Positions 12,352 to 26,639 of a DNA stretch of 64,000 bases are shown here, in pieces. The notes under the pieces are model-generated. The model made no database searches and was not told the origin of the DNA. It saw nothing but the letters and a program-made list of their open reading frames with translations. The position numbers and the translations under genes were made by a program. The stretch lies in assembly GCA_013239625.1 (NCBI GenBank), contig MU053448.1, positions 186,001 to 250,000 of the forward strand. The letters are read 5' to 3'. The stretch's first letter is position 1. The number at the start of each line of letters is the position of its first letter. Source of the stretch: Lama guanicoe. Lineage: Eukaryota.

Positions 12352-14174
12352 TACTCACCTTAGCAGCTTTGTTCATTGTGGGCAATTCCATACTGTGCAG
12401 AGGCACAGAAAGTAGCATTATGAACCCTCAACAGGTCTCAGTTCCCCGTAACCCCTGCCCAGGCTGTGCTGTTGGGAAGCCAGTCCCAGGGGCAGCGTCT
12501 CATCTCCATCATAAACGCCTCAGTACGAATCTCCGAGAGAGAGGGGTTCTACCTAAAAATATAAATGCTGTCTGAGTGCTGCTGCTTTTTTCTGGGCCAG
12601 AAGTGGAAATGGTTTTGCATTTTTAAGGTTTCTCACTATTTTCTATACGCTGATTTCTTCAGATCCTAAAAGTTTGGAAAGTGTAAAATTGTAAAGTTAT
12701 TGAAGCTAAACATTTGGAGTGTATATATTTTACACAAAGCCCCCCTCTCTGCAGTGGTCTGAAACATTTGATTATAGAACTAAAACGATCACTGCTGAGG
12801 GCTGACTTGCCTGAAGATACGTGGTCCCCAAGCCCACATCTTCGGTGTGTCTGTCAGAAGTTTTCTCCTGGGAGTGCAGGACTCTGGGCAAAACCTTCCT
12901 GTCGGCAGACAGGGGTTTCCAAGGCAGTTGCTCTGGTTGGAAAGATGCATTTTACTGTGATGTGGATGCAGGCGTGTAACCCCCTGCCCTGGGTCAGAGC
13001 AGCGAGGAGCCACTGAAGCACATCTGCAGTCAAGAACTTAGGTCTGTTTTCAGCGTTTTTAATTCCTTTCCCCTTATGTTCAGAAAAAGTTTCTAGGGGA
13101 ATGTTCCATTTTTCACTCTTCGTAAATAATTTCAACCTTACAAAAACTGCAAAAATAAAAATAGTGCACAGAACACATGGCAAAACTTTTCCCCATCCAT
13201 TTGGGGCCCTTTATCGCTTAACCCTTCAGTGTGTATTTACTAAGGAGAATATTATTCCCTTACGTGCCCACAGAACAGTTACCAACTCTGATCCTTTATA
13301 GAAAAAGTGCTGATCCCTGTCCTGGAGACCCCATTGCACATGTTAATATGCAAGAATTTTCCTCAAGGTTTGCAATAACAAAGATCCTGTAAACCGCCTC
13401 TGGAGATGGTGCGCAGACTGGTCCATTCGGCAGTGGCATGGTATACTGTAAAAAGAGCGCTTCAGAGCAGCACGTGACACTGTGGACGCCTCTCAGTGGC
13501 GTTAACAGCAGTGCAAGGAGTAAGTCAGATGGTTATAGATAGCATGATATCCCTTTTATAAAGACTGAGTTTAAAAGTGCCTTTTGAGAATGTGTAGAAG
13601 TGAGATGCAACTTATACAGAAGCAGGCAGGGGATCAGTGCTGGGGTGGGATTCACTGTCTGCATGGGCAGGACCCTAGCTTTTGCTGTGGGTGGTGATTC
13701 ATCCGTCTTTGCTTCACCATTAAACTTAGCAAGGTGAGAAGGGGCCAGGACCAGGCTCTATCATGCATCTGAGGTTCAACAAAAGAATCCCTGACATCAG
13801 TCCGTTCCTGAACTGTCTATGGATCTCAGTATTAACCTTTAAGTTAATTCTTTGGGATTACCTCAGAGCTGTGTCTCAGATGGGCAGTTGTTTGCTTTCT
13901 GACAGAGGGCCAGCACTTTGCTCAGACGGGGGCTGTGGGTTAGAAACTGCTTCCTTCCTTGGCTGGGGCTGGTAGACGTCTTCCTCCTTGGTAAATTTAT
14001 AAGTGAAAGAGGAAATTCTAAAGGGAAAAAAGTCTGAAAAGTTGATACGGTACACATTTAAAACTGAGGTTTCAAAGAAAAAAAAAGTCAGTGGTTTGAA
14101 GGCAAATAGTCTGACCTAGGAAAAGTTTTTTGAAAATTTGTAATTTTCACACAGTTTTATTTTGTTAGCATTAT

Positions 14175-15030
14175 TTTTTAATTGAAATACAGTCAGTTAC
14201 AATGTGTCAGTTTCTGGTGTGCCGCACAATGTCCCAGTCATGCATATACATACATGCATTCATTTTTGTATTCTTTTTCATTAAAGGTTATTTCAAGATA
14301 GTGAACATAGTTCCCTGTGCTATACAGTGTCTTTAACATCAGAGGGTGTAGTGAGTGCCTGTGGATATGGATGAGGAAAATACCAAGATTTCAAAGGACA
14401 AAATAACAGGAAAAACAAACCAAGCTGGCAAGTCACATAAGAAAAAAAAAATGGGTTATTGTATAAAAATTTGTTCAATCTGAGTAGGAATAAAAGGAAT
14501 GCAAATTAAAAGAACATTTAGGTGCGGTTCCACTTAATAAATTGTAAAAATGAAAGTGATCCCTGATTTGACATATTGTGAAGTGACCACAGTAAGTCCA
14601 TTTAACATCCATCACCACACCTACAACATTTTTTTCTTGTGTTGAGGACTTAGAAGATCTCTTAGCGACCTCCAAATACGCAATGCAGTATTATTAACTA
14701 TAGTCACCATGCTGTACGTTACATCCTGGTGATACTTATAACTGAAAGTTTGTGCCTTTTGACCCCTATCACCTGGTTTTCCCACTCCCTACCTCTGGTT
14801 ACCACCAATCTATGAGTTTTGTTTGTTTCTTTCCTTTTTTATTTTTCTTTTAAGATTCCATGATTAAGTGAGATCATACAGTATTTGTCTGACTTACTTC
14901 ACTTAGCATGATGCATATCTTGGCTATTGTAAGTAATGCTGCTGTGAACATGGGGTGCAGATATCTTTTTGAATTAGTGATTCTGTTTCCTTCAGATAAA
15001 TGGGCAGAAGTGGGATCGATGGATCATCTC
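14175..15030 (-). mobile_element. L1 3' fragments (14175-14327 and 14570-15030)
   Basis: attgaaatacagtcagttacaatgtgtcagtttctggtg tail motif and further L1 3' motifs. Confidence 0.75.
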
Positions 15031-15106
15031 CTGCTGCTCTGAAGACAGTCGTGAGATTTAAGAATCCTCTCCTGGGGTGTGCTGTCAGGAAAGTCGTCTG
15101 AAAACA

Positions 15107-15268
15107 CAGTCGTCTCTCGGTATCCGGGGGATTGGTTCCAGGAGCTCCCATGGATACCAGAATCCATGGACGCTCAAGTCTCTTATATAAAATGGCATTT
15201 GTAGCATGAATACAGTCGGTCCTCCGTAACCCCAGGTTTTGCATCCGCGGGTACGGAGGACCCATTAT
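15107..15268. mobile_element. MER2/Tigger2-like non-autonomous DNA transposon
   Basis: cagtcgtctctcggtatcc...gattggttccagga...ggacgctcaagtctcttatataaaatggc motifs. Confidence 0.7.
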
Positions 15269-18200
15269 ACTGGACTTTTCTGCTCAGATATGGTAATCTT
15301 AGGCTTTTCTCTGGAAGGTAAACACTTGTTAACTTAAAATGGTTAATACAAGCGAATGACTTAGAAGGACCACTGGGTCTGAGACCATGGTGAGCATTTA
15401 TGAGGCTGTGTAAGCGAGGCTGAGGCCCCCTTCCAGTATGACGGATGCTGGCGATGGAGCCTGGGCGGGACGCGTCTGGGTCGTTTGTGGGGACTGAGCC
15501 TGGGGTGGGCTGGAAGGCAGGCCCCCCCGGTGCGCTCCGGGCGGCCATGGGCCGTGGGGGTTCTGGACTGTGCGGCTGTTTCTCTGGTGGTGGAGAAGAT
15601 ACGCTGAGGCTTGGTGAAGGCACTGCTCCCTGCCTTTGTCCCATCGAGGCCAAGAGCCAGCTGAGGGCTTCCTTGGCCAAGACAGATTTCCCACACGTCT
15701 GGAGAGGACCCGGTGGTAGCTGGATGAAAGAACCAGGATTCTGGTTCCCTGAGAAGAAAGCTCGCCTTCTGTAAGTTCCATCCCCACTTTCGGAATTGGT
15801 GCCTCTGCAGGAAAGCCTTGGATCTGATGCCAGCTTCCTGGGAATCGTGGAATCACAGGGTGAGGAGGAAGACAGCAAGGCTGATGCTTTCAGCCCTAGT
15901 GGCAGTTTTCCTAGGTAGAAACTGGGGGCTGGGATGTAAGTAAGGTGGTGCCCAAGGTCATGACCTTGACCTCAGGCTGGATGCCAGAGAGGAGCAACAC
16001 TGGTTGCAGTCTGGCCCAGGGCCGCAGACAGTCTGGAGCCCCTGGAGGGGTACACCTGGACTGGGAGGCCATCTGGCTGCTCCAGAACCACTAGGAAGCT
16101 TTCTGGAACCCTGGTGGGTGCCTAGGTGCACCCCTACACCTGGAAGGGGATGTGGGAGGCCAGGGTTCTTACTGGATCAGGGGAAGGACAAGGAAGGAAG
16201 AAAAGGCACTTTCACAAGTGGTGTGGGGAGCCCGGTGATGGTCGTTGTCTGCAGCCCCCTCTGCCCCAGGAAGAGTCTGAAGGAGGTGGCCCGAGGAGGT
16301 GGCCGTGGTGGCGTGTATGCGCAGGATGGTCAGGGTGAGGCGAGGCGGCTGCAGGGGCTCCATCCTCTCTGGCATTCAGGGGCTGAGCGCCCGCTGGCCT
16401 GATACACAGTGGTGTCACTTTGCCAAGTGCTTAAGTCAGCGCTGGGCACCTGATGGGAGGCTTGGCAGTCACTCGTCGGTTGGTCCAGACGGGACTGCGC
16501 AGGCGCGGGTGGCCGCACTGCTGGCCGGGGTCCGGGGCAGCAGGGGCCGCGGGGGCCCATCCTCCCCTGCGGTGCACGGGGGAGGCCTTCGCACCTGGCT
16601 GGCTGGCCTGCATGTGGGCTCCATCTCCCTCTGCTTCTGGGGCAGGGAGCTGTCCCGATGTCCTGGTTGATGGGGAGCCGCCAGCCTGGTTGCGAGGTTG
16701 GTGGCACCCTCTCTGTGGTCTGACCGCCCCACCCCCCAGTGCCAGAGACCGCCAGCCAAGGTTGGCTGTGTCCTAGAAAGAACACCCTGGGCCAGGCAAC
16801 TGCCAGCTTCCCTCGTGTCCCAGACACATGCTGGATTCTGTCTGAAAGATGAGGAGCCACCACAGTCACAGAGAAACATCAGGGGTTAGTAGCCCACTGG
16901 CTCCCGGATCCCAGACAGAGGAGGACCCTCCCCATCCCAGCATGTGTCCCACAGCCGTGAGTCTGGCTCCCTCTGCCTCACCTGGTTGCTGGCTGTCCGG
17001 CCGTGACAGCTGGGGAACATTTCCATTTTCCCACTACTTCTGTGTAGTTTTTTATAGAAATCTCAAGAGGAGCCCCAGTTCATAAAATAAAGGCAGGGCT
17101 GCTCTCTCTTGCTGTCGTGGGGTACCCTGGGGTTCCACGGAACATGGTTTGAAAACCACAGCTGTTTGTAGAGGCAGCCAGCACAGATGTAAGCAGGAGC
17201 ACGACAGGATCCGAGTTGAAAGGAATTAAGAGGGGGCGTGGCAGGCGAGAGTGTGGCCTGGGAGCGCCCCAGGTGGGGAAGGGGCTGATCCGGCCCTTGG
17301 GGCAGCGGTAGGAAGGCTGGGGAGGGGGGCGGCATTCAGGAGGCAGAGAAACCCCTCTGTGTTGGGAAGACCCTTGATTTTTGTTTCTCTGCTGTTGCAG
17401 CCCTTCTTTTGAGGTAATTGCAGAAGAGACCAGTGCTGCTTTTGAGGCTGGAAATTTTGTGTCTTAAAACAGTTGAATTTCTTCAGTAGTACAGCTGGGC
17501 GGAAGGTGGCGTTTGGTTTTGAATTATGAATTTTCTGCCTACTGACCCCAGCAGCCCCGTTCTCCTTCCCCACTCGACTTGATCTGAGGAAACATGCCGG
17601 GGTCGGAAAATTGTTTTAAAACATGGGAGAGAAAGACACCTTTGAATCAAGTATGCTTCTCTTCCTCAGATGATTTATTATACATGTGAACAGACTGCAC
17701 AAAAAAATGGATGCATACTGTTGTTTGCATATAGAAGAGGAAGAAAATCAATGTCTTGCACATGTTAGCAGAAACATTTTGTAGTTTGGAAGATCCTGTT
17801 TCCAGCAAAGCCCCCCTCTTGGCTCAGGTCACGTGGGCTGACTGGTAGGGTGACAGTGACACACGCGTGGCGCTCACTGCGGTGCCACAGGCAGGACGTC
17901 TGGATGGACATCAGAGCTGCCACTTCTGCATTCTCTCTCCTGTGGTTTCACCATGTTTTGCAACCTTGCTGTCCAGCTGCCTTGCAGTTCTATTTTAAAG
18001 CCTCCTGGGTCTGAGCACAGCACCAACCACTTGCCGGCCCTTGGCTGAGACGCACCCTCACTTAGCTGACAGTGGGACCCGCCTGTGTCGGATGCCACCC
18101 CACCTGGGTACAGCTGCCTCCTGCCCTCCCTGCCCTGTCTGGTCCGGCACCGTCCCCCTCACCGACCCGCCAGGGTGGTCCAGCTCCTGGCCGCTGCATG

Positions 18201-21200
18201 AGCATCCCCGCGCCTCAGACTTTTCTCGGGCACCCAGTTGCCCGCTGCTGCCGGTGGTACTGCTGCCTGACCCTCCAGGGCCTCAGGGTCAATTTTTAGT
18301 CCCATTTATGAGCCGGGCTAGCGGCCACCTAGCTCATATCTCCCACTCTGCCCCCGGTCTGGTTCCCAGCCCCAGAAGCCAGCGGTTTATTAAAAGGCGA
18401 GCACCTAGTGTAACAGTTTTCATTTCCATTTTCATAGACAGTAAATTATCCAATTAAGACCTTGTCTTAACAGAAGTTATAGATGCTGAGTTCTTTTGTG
18501 GCTTTGTGAGACCCGTTGGATTTAAATGTTTGATGAGCAACAGACCTAAGCTTATCTGCTTTGGAAGCAGAAGTAGCCGGGGATAGGGTTGGCTTGCTGT
18601 TTCTGTTCTGAGCTGCCTCTGTTAGTGTTTTTAACTAGCACTTCTGAATGGTCCCCCTCCTCCAGCTGGTGTCCCTTTGTCCCTGGGCTCACCCTTTACT
18701 GCAATTTATTTTCTTTTGCTTTTTGTTTTACTTTCTATGCTGGTAGATGAAGGGCCTCTTCCAAATACTTGCAGATTATTCAGTCAGAAAGTGTTCTAGC
18801 AGTTTTTTGTTTCCAGAGCAGTACTAGGGAGACGGTCATAGAAAAGAAGTGCATACATCTCTATGGTGACAGAAGTTTATCTTCTAATCTGGTAAAACAC
18901 AAGGCCCCCCTTCGTGGCCTGTGCCCTGTACCAGGGTGGCCCCCACGGGTGGTGTGGACTGAGGTGGTCCGGCCTTGGAGGAGGCCTTGTGTGTGGGAGG
19001 CAGCTCCGTGACACTGTCCCTTGGGCCCTGTAGTCACCCGAGATGCTTAAAGGGCCTGGACCAGGCCTGGAGCCCTCAGGAGTGGATGCCTCCACACTGT
19101 GTTCTCTCGGGCCTTGGCAGGGTGTCTGGACTGCGGACCCTTGAGGGCGCCCCCTAGCCCCACCTGTCTTCACACCTCACGTGTGAAGCATCTTTCTCAT
19201 CTTGCTCCTCTGTTTCATCTTTCCCTGTAGCCGAAGTTCTGACGGGGCGCCTGCGTTCTCCCAGTGACGCTGGGCTTATTGAAAACACACACACACAGTT
19301 TTTTCCTCTTTCCCTTTTACTTTCCTGCCACACCTTTGCTTCCAGGTTGAAAATCAGTCTCGCTGCTTTAATTGCTATTGATTCTTGGCAGCCTAAGTGT
19401 TCTTTTTTTTCTTTTTTAAGATCGTTGGGTTATGTAAGGACTCATCTGTTACTACCTTTAACTGAAACACCAGCAAACAGAGGAGGCTTCCCTGTCTTCC
19501 CGCCCACCTTGCCTCATGCTGCTCAGAAACGGGGAAAATGATCAAGTCATAGTTACTAAACAGCAGGAGTTCTGTTACCCACCGTTCTTGGTTTCGAGGT
19601 GCGTGGCAACTGCTGCCATTCACAGAATCATCTTGCCTTGTTCCTGGATTGCTCACCGCAGCCCTGTCCCCGTCCCTAATCCTGTCCCCTTGACCATGAA
19701 AGCTGGCGGGGGTTTGGGCTCTCGCTGCCCCTCTCCTGCCCTCAGGCCTGGCCGGCTTCCTTACACCTGCAGTCACCCTGGTGAAAATCGCCATGTTGAC
19801 CTCTGCCAGCCTGTGTCCCTGGCCCCCATGGACGCAGTGCCTGGTACAAGGGTCAGGACGGCTGTGTCCCTGCCCCCGCTGTGTGGCTCTGAGCCTTGCT
19901 CTGCTCATCTGTCGGAGTGTGATGACCCCATCTTTGGGGTGACCATGAGGACAACTTGCTGGGAAGATGAAGGTAGTCAAGGCTGAGAAGTGGACAGTGC
20001 CCAGTTGGGGAGGAAGGGGGTCAGCAGTGTGGGGTCTCTACCCTGGCGCTGGCAGCCTCAGCCTCCTGCCCACCTGAGGTTGCTTGACCCCCATTCGTGG
20101 TCCCCTGATCCCATTTGGGGTCCCCTGATGCCTATCTGTCGTGGCCACTTGAGGTTCACGGTGCGCCTTCCCTGGGCCCTAGTTCTGATCACACATAGGC
20201 TCCAAGTCCAGCTGAGGGATGAGAGGAAGGGGAGCCCCCAGTCGCCCCGCTCATGAGCTGTGCGGGAAGCGTCGTCGAGGTGCTGGTCCTGTGCGGTCCC
20301 ACGCAGTGGTCCGTGCATGGCAGGAGGGGGTGGTCCCCTTACGGAGGCAGGATTTCAAAGACCCCGCCCTGCACAGAGCTGAGCCTGGGTCTGGGTGCAA
20401 GATGGTGTGTCTGCTCTGGGCTGAGTCAGAAGAGGCCCCTGGGCCCTGGGAGCCCCTCACTCAAGGGCAGGGAAGGAGGAGGAAGTAGCCGGGGTCAGGG
20501 TCTCGCTGGCTGGGAGCGTTCTGGTGTCACAGTCCTCCTTCACCTTGACCCTGCTTTGGGGGGCTTGCCCACGCCCCTCCTCTCCAGCTCATGGGCACAG
20601 GCACACTGTCCACATGCCAGGCCCTGCCATGGGAGCCAGGACACAGCCACAGAAAGGAACAAGCCAGTTAGGTGCGGCGCACAGCGAGGGGTGACTTGTT
20701 ACCAACTCGGAGCTCTGGCTCTGCTCTTGGCCACCCTACCATCGACGGGGACCATGCTGACTGGCTGCCCAGAACCCAGGTGTCCCCAGGGCCCTGGGCA
20801 CCCCTGAGTCAGGGACACTAGGAAAGCAGCAAATGAGATCAATCTGTCCTTTTTTGAAATCTTTTATTTTAAAAGCTCTTAAACTTTCAAAATCAATTAG
20901 TTGATAGCTTGTTAAAAGGTAGCCCCCGTGACACATTTAAATTCGTTTTTATAACGTGAAAGCGGTTGGACTCAGAAACAAAGTTGAGGGTTGGGTACTG
21001 CTGCTGAAAGCAAGTCAGTCAAGGAAGAAAAAGCCTGGCTTTTACATTGATGGGTGGCCTAAACTTGTTGTTTCACCCCCATGGGGAGGGTGGGGATAAC
21101 AGACCAGAACTGACCACGCTGGCACTTTCTGACCTGGGCCCTAGCAGGTCAGCTGGTCTTTTTTGCTGCCAGCAGCCTGCTTTTTCTGCATCGAGCAAGT

Positions 21201-22469
21201 ATTGTTTCGTGATCAGAAAAACACAAGCACGTGCTCGTTTTCGGGGTCATTCAGCACGAGGGCGTGAGCAGAACCGTCCGGGCGGTTCTGCTCTGCTGGT
21301 TCTTGGCTGTGTTGCTGGTCTGCTCGGGCTGCTGGAGCAAGTGCGCAGCCCGGGCGGCTCAGGCGACAGGAATGCATTGTCTCCCAGTTCTGGAGGCTGG
21401 GAGGCTGGGATCCAGTTGCTTGCAGGGTTGGCTTCCTCCGGGGCCTCTCTCCTTAGCTTGCAGACAGAGGCCTTCTTGCGTGTCCTCACGTGGTCTTCAG
21501 TCTGTGCCTGTGGTCACGTGCCACCCTGCTGTGACCGGACCCCAAGCCGTGCACATCTCTGTATGAGCCCATTTGAGCTGGACCAGCAGAGACAGAAATG
21601 TAATTGAACTGTTAGATGGTAACGCTTCGACGTGGCATCCTGGCAGGTCTGATTGCGGTCCAGACTCATTACTTTCATTACGCTCTCGGGCACTGGCACC
21701 GTGGAAGGCGGTTGTGATGGCTGGTCGGTCCTTCAGGTGCAGCTAAGGCTCGGTCCCAGGGCCGAGCAGTGACCAGGCGCACATCCCGGGTCCTGTGGGG
21801 AGGAAACCCCAGTGGGCTGGAGGGAGTGAGGGGAAGGGGCCAGTCGGATCCCTGACCTCCGGGCACAACAAATGTGGACCTCATTCCCTGAGCAGCAGGC
21901 CACCAACGAGGGGGTGGTCAGAGATGCAGAGAAGGAAATGGGTTTACAGGAAATCTTCGGGTGGAGTTGTGAGGGGCCAGAGAAGATGTCGGGATGGAGA
22001 CCTTGGGGACTTGGATTCAGAACCGACTGTTCCTTAACGAGTGAGAAGAGGCATTGCCAGCAGGCCCTCATGGAAGATGCACACACCCTCAGGGGTGCCC
22101 CCAGGCCCCGGGACTGGGTGTGGGCCAGTCAAACAGTTCCCCTGCCAGGTGATGGGGGGGGTGTCTTCATGACTGAAAAACATGAAGGGGAAAAACTCAA
22201 TAGGAAGGAGCCTCAGTGAATGACAACAGGGCCTTGGCTGGTAGTCCACACGAAGCTGAAAAGATGCTGTAAAGAATGTCCAACAACTTGAACATTTTTA
22301 GTGGAAGTTGGAAGGAAAGAGCAGCTGACGAAAACAGCTGACGTTACCATGTTTCTATGAGGGGTCGGGGGGATCATGGAGGATGCCTTTTCTTTTACCT
22401 TTTCTGTATTTTCTGACTTATCTACAATGCATATTGATTTTACTTTTGCTCCTATTTTTAAAAAATTTT

Positions 22470-22830
22470 TATTTAATTTTTTATTTACCTTAATTTAATT
22501 TTTTATTTTAAATCATAAAATTTACCACTGTAACCATTTTTAGGTGTCAGGCGCAGTGTTGTGCAGCCATCACCACCGTGCATCCCCATCGCCCCGTTTT
22601 CCCAGACTGGAACTCTGTGCCCATCAGACAGTCCTCCCCAGCCCCCGCCTCCTGCCTCCGGGGACCAGTGCTGTCCCTCCTGTTTGTGAATTTGATCCTC
22701 TCACACGAGTGGGATCGTGCACTATTTGACCTGTGCCTGCTTCTGTGACACTTGGCACGTTTTCAGGGTTCATCCATGTTGTCACATGTATCATAATTTC
22801 CTTCCTTATTAATGCCAAATAATATTCTAT
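22470..22830 (-). mobile_element. Old L1 3' fragment
   Basis: Similar to the L1 3' region at 4310-4660. Confidence 0.65.
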
Positions 22831-23731
22831 CATATTATAAGCCAAGACAGAGAAGAAGGTCCTGAAACACTGATCTGCAATAAGTTCAGCATTTGATGTT
22901 TTTCCCGGGATGTGACCTCAGTGTGGGTCATGTATCCTTTCCTTAACCCTCCTGCACCATGTCCTCTGTAACTGGGTGGTCCTGTCCCATCCTGGGCAGA
23001 GGCATGGGAGGAAGGGGCACTGGGCGTGGTGGCCAGGGCTGGTCCTGTGGCTGTGTGGCTGTCCCAGGGTGGCTGGCTCAACTGTTTTCTCATTGACAAT
23101 GGTGGCGAAGGGGGATTGAGGAACTGGGTAGGGCCGTCAGCTTTGAGATGCCCTGTGTGGACCCCACTGGGGCCCTGGCAGTGGCTCTCCAGGACGGTGA
23201 CCAGGATGAGGACATGACTGTGCACCCCTCCTCTGGGTGTCTCCTTTCTTGACTGTGTGGAATAGGAAGTTGTGATGAGAGAAGGAAGTGGTCATGGAAG
23301 GACACTGCTGTCACTGTTTTGAAAAATTGCTGTGACATTTAAAATGTGTAGTCAGAACCATGCAGAAGAGACCTTGTGCTGCTGTCGGAGGGCTGTTCTG
23401 TGACATGCCCGCCAGGCCCCGTGGCTCCCTTGATGTCCATCCCGCGTGCTCTGCTGATTTCCTGTCGCGGGCTGAGAGCTGTCCTGCGAGCCCTGCCCGC
23501 CGCCCGGGGGACTGACTTCTCCTTTCAGCGCTGTCGCCTGGTGTCCTTGGATGCGCCCTTGTTAGGCGCATCCCCGCTGAGCGTGCTTCTGTCCTGGCGC
23601 AGCGCCCCCTCCACCCCCGGTAATGTCCTGCCCTGCGACCCACGTGGCCTGCCGCTCGCGCAGGACTCCAGCCTCCTTCTGGCTGTTCTTGGACGGTTTC
23701 TCTCTTCTCCGTTCACTGTCAGCCTTCCTGC

Positions 23732-24199
23732 TGAAAGAGCGAAGACTGACAGGATGGCTGTTGTTCAGGCCTGTACTTCTAGCTAAACGGACCTGAAGTC
23801 TAACACGCTCCCTTCCCTGTGCTTTCTCTTCTCAGAGGAACTTACCTTTTACTTTTACCCTGAAGGTCTTGAAAGAAGGTCATGGACTGAACCTCAAGAA
23901 AATGGGCAAACCCTCCTCAAATTCCTCCATAACACAAATTCTTATCAAGATGAAAAGAGTGTCAGAATGCAACACCCTGTAAAACACCCTGATTGTTATC
24001 CCCTTTTCTGTTCCACCCAGTTTCTCTATAAAACCTCAAGACCCCAACCCCAAGAGGAGCTCACGGTCTTTAAGGCACAAGCCTGCGTGACTCCCCTGGC
24101 CTGGCAGAGCAGTAAAGCTGTTCTGTTCTGTCCTCCCCAGTCCCTGCCTCCAGCTCTTAAATCCACTCTCTGGGGACGGAGGCCTGTTTTTTGACAACA
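23732..24199 (+). mobile_element. ERV1-like solo LTR, sense orientation
   Basis: TG...CA ends, possible 4-bp TSD ctgc/ctgt, TATAAAA at ~24027 and AGTAAA at ~24110. Confidence 0.65.
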
Positions 24200-25014
24200 C
24201 TGTCATTGTGTTTGAAGTGAGTTTCTTGTGGTTGGCATATGGTTGGGTCAGCAGTTTTTTAATCATACTGACGGTCTCTGTCTATTAATTGGTGGGTTTC
24301 AGCTTCTTTGCGATAATCCGATTATTGATAGGTTTGGGGTGAGGTCTCCCATTTTATTATTTGATTCTGGTTAGATCCCTCCCTGTTTTTTTTGTGGGGG
24401 CGTGGCAATGGTGCTTATAAACAATGGAAATTCATTTCTCACACTTCTGGAGGCCGGAAGTCTGGGATGAGGGTGTCAGGGTGCCCCCATGGGTCCCGGT
24501 AAGGGCCTGTGATATTTGACTTACAGTAAGGAATACACATTTGGTCTTTGTTTCTGCCAGAGAGCTTTTAAACCCTTGGGATTTCCGAAGTGAGGAGAGT
24601 GATAAGGTGTCTGTGTTCACAGCAACCCCCTGTCAGCCACACCTGAGTTTATGTTAATGCGGTGACTTCTGGAAATCGACCTAAGGATGAGGGCTGGCTG
24701 CTGGGAAACCAATTACAAGAAAGGGTGGAACCTTCCCTCCACCCCCTGACCTCTGGGGAAGAGAGAGGGGCCTGAGATTAAGTTCAGGAGCCAGTGGCCA
24801 ATGACTTAATGTCACACCTGTGTAATGAAGCCTCCATTAAAACCCAGAAGGACGGGTTCAGAGAGCCTCTGGGTTGGTGAACACAGAGATGCGGGGAGAG
24901 TCACACGCCTGCAGGGGCTCGAAAGCCTGTGCCCCTCCCCCACGCCATGCTCTGTGCGTCTCTTCTGTCTGGGGATGCTCCTGAATTGTTATCCTTTATA
25001 CTAAACCAGTAATC

Positions 25015-26639
25015 TATTTTTTAAATTGAAGTATAGTCGATTTTACAACATTGTGTTAGTTTCTGGTGTCCAGCAAAGTGATTCAGTTATACATGTATAT
25101 ATATGAATTTATATATATTCTTGTATATGTATGTGTTCATGTATATATGTATTCATGTATATACACAAATATATATATACTTTTTCAGATTCTTTTTGAT
25201 TATGGTTTATTACAAGATACTGAGTATAGTTCCCTATACTGTACAGTAAGAGCTTGCTGTTTATCTGTTTTATATATACTAGATTCATCTGCTAATCCTA
25301 AACTCCTGTCCTCTTCCTTTCTCCTTTGGTAACCATAAGTTTGTTTTCTCTGTCTGTGAGTCTGTTTCTGTTTTGTAAATAAGTTCATCTGTATCATATT
25401 TTAGATTCCACATATAAGTGATATCATATAATATTTGTCTTCCTCTGTCTGACTTCACTTAGTATGATGATTTCTAGGGCCATCCTTGTTGCTACAAATG
25501 GCATTGTTTCATTCTTTTTTATGGCTGAGCAATATTCCATTGAGTGTGTGTGTGTGTGTGTGTGTGTGTGTATTTATCCATTCATCTGTCAACAGACATT
25601 TAGGTTGTTTCTGTGCCTTGGCTCTTGTCAGTAGTGCTGCTATGAACTTTGGGGTGCATGTATCCTTTCAAATTAGTTTTCGTCTTCTCCCAATATATGC
25701 TCGGGGATGCGATTGCTGGATTATAGGGTAACTCTGTTTTTAGCTTTTTAAGGAACCTCCGTACTGATCTCCATAGTGACTGCACCAGTTTACGTTCCTA
25801 CCAACAGTGCAGGAGGATTCCTTTTCTCCACACCCTCTCCAGCATTTATCATTTGTAGACTTTTGAATGATGGCCATTCTGACTTGTGTGAGGTGATACC
25901 TCATTGTAGGTTGGATTTGCATTTCTTTAATAATTCGTGAAGTTGAGCATCTTTTCACGTGCCTCTTGGCCATCTGTATGTCTTATTTGGAGAAATGTCT
26001 GTTAATGTCTTCTCCTTATTTTTTGATTGGGTTGTTCATGTTTTTTGTTATTGAGTTGTATGAGCTGTTTGTGTTTTGGAAATTAATCCCTTGTCGTTCG
26101 CATCATTTGCGAATATTTTCTCCTAGTCCATACATTGTCTTTTTTGTCATTTTGTTTATGGTTTTCTTTGCTGTGCAAAGGCTTATCCCATTTGTTTATG
26201 TTTGTTTTCACTTCTATTGCCTTGGGAGACTGACCTAAGAAGACACTGCAGATTATGTCAGAGAACGTTTTGCCCATGTTCTCTTCAAGAAGTTTTGTGG
26301 TATCATGTCTTTTATTTAGGTATCTAAACCATTCTGGGTTTATTTTTATATATGGTGCGAACTGTTCTAATCACATTGATTTACGTGCTGCTGTCCAGTT
26401 TTCCCAGCACCGCTTGCTGAAGAGACTGCCTTTTCTCCATTGTATATTTTTGCCTCCTTTGTCAAAGATTGACTGGAGGTGTGTGGGTTTATTTCTGGGC
26501 TCTCTGTTCTGTTCCATTGATCCATGTGTCTGTTTTTGTACCAGTACCGTGCTGCTTTGACTACTGTAACTCTGTAATATTGTTTGAAGTCTGGGAGGGT
26601 TATGCCTCCAGCTTTGTTCCTTTTCCTCAATATGGCTTT
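25015..26639 (-). mobile_element. 5'-truncated L1 (~1.6 kb)
   Basis: Perfect TSD taaaccagtaatc (25002-25014, 26640-26652); ORF2 peptides [14 protein letters not shown] and [15 protein letters not shown]. Confidence 0.9.
25544..25571. repeat. (TG)n microsatellite
   Basis: Direct reading. Confidence 0.95.

Noticed and set aside
15183..16889. Several 100-230 aa ORFs in intron 1
   Set aside because: Overlapping ORFs in many frames with Pro/Gly/Arg bias, as expected by chance in GC-rich DNA; no recognisable domain.
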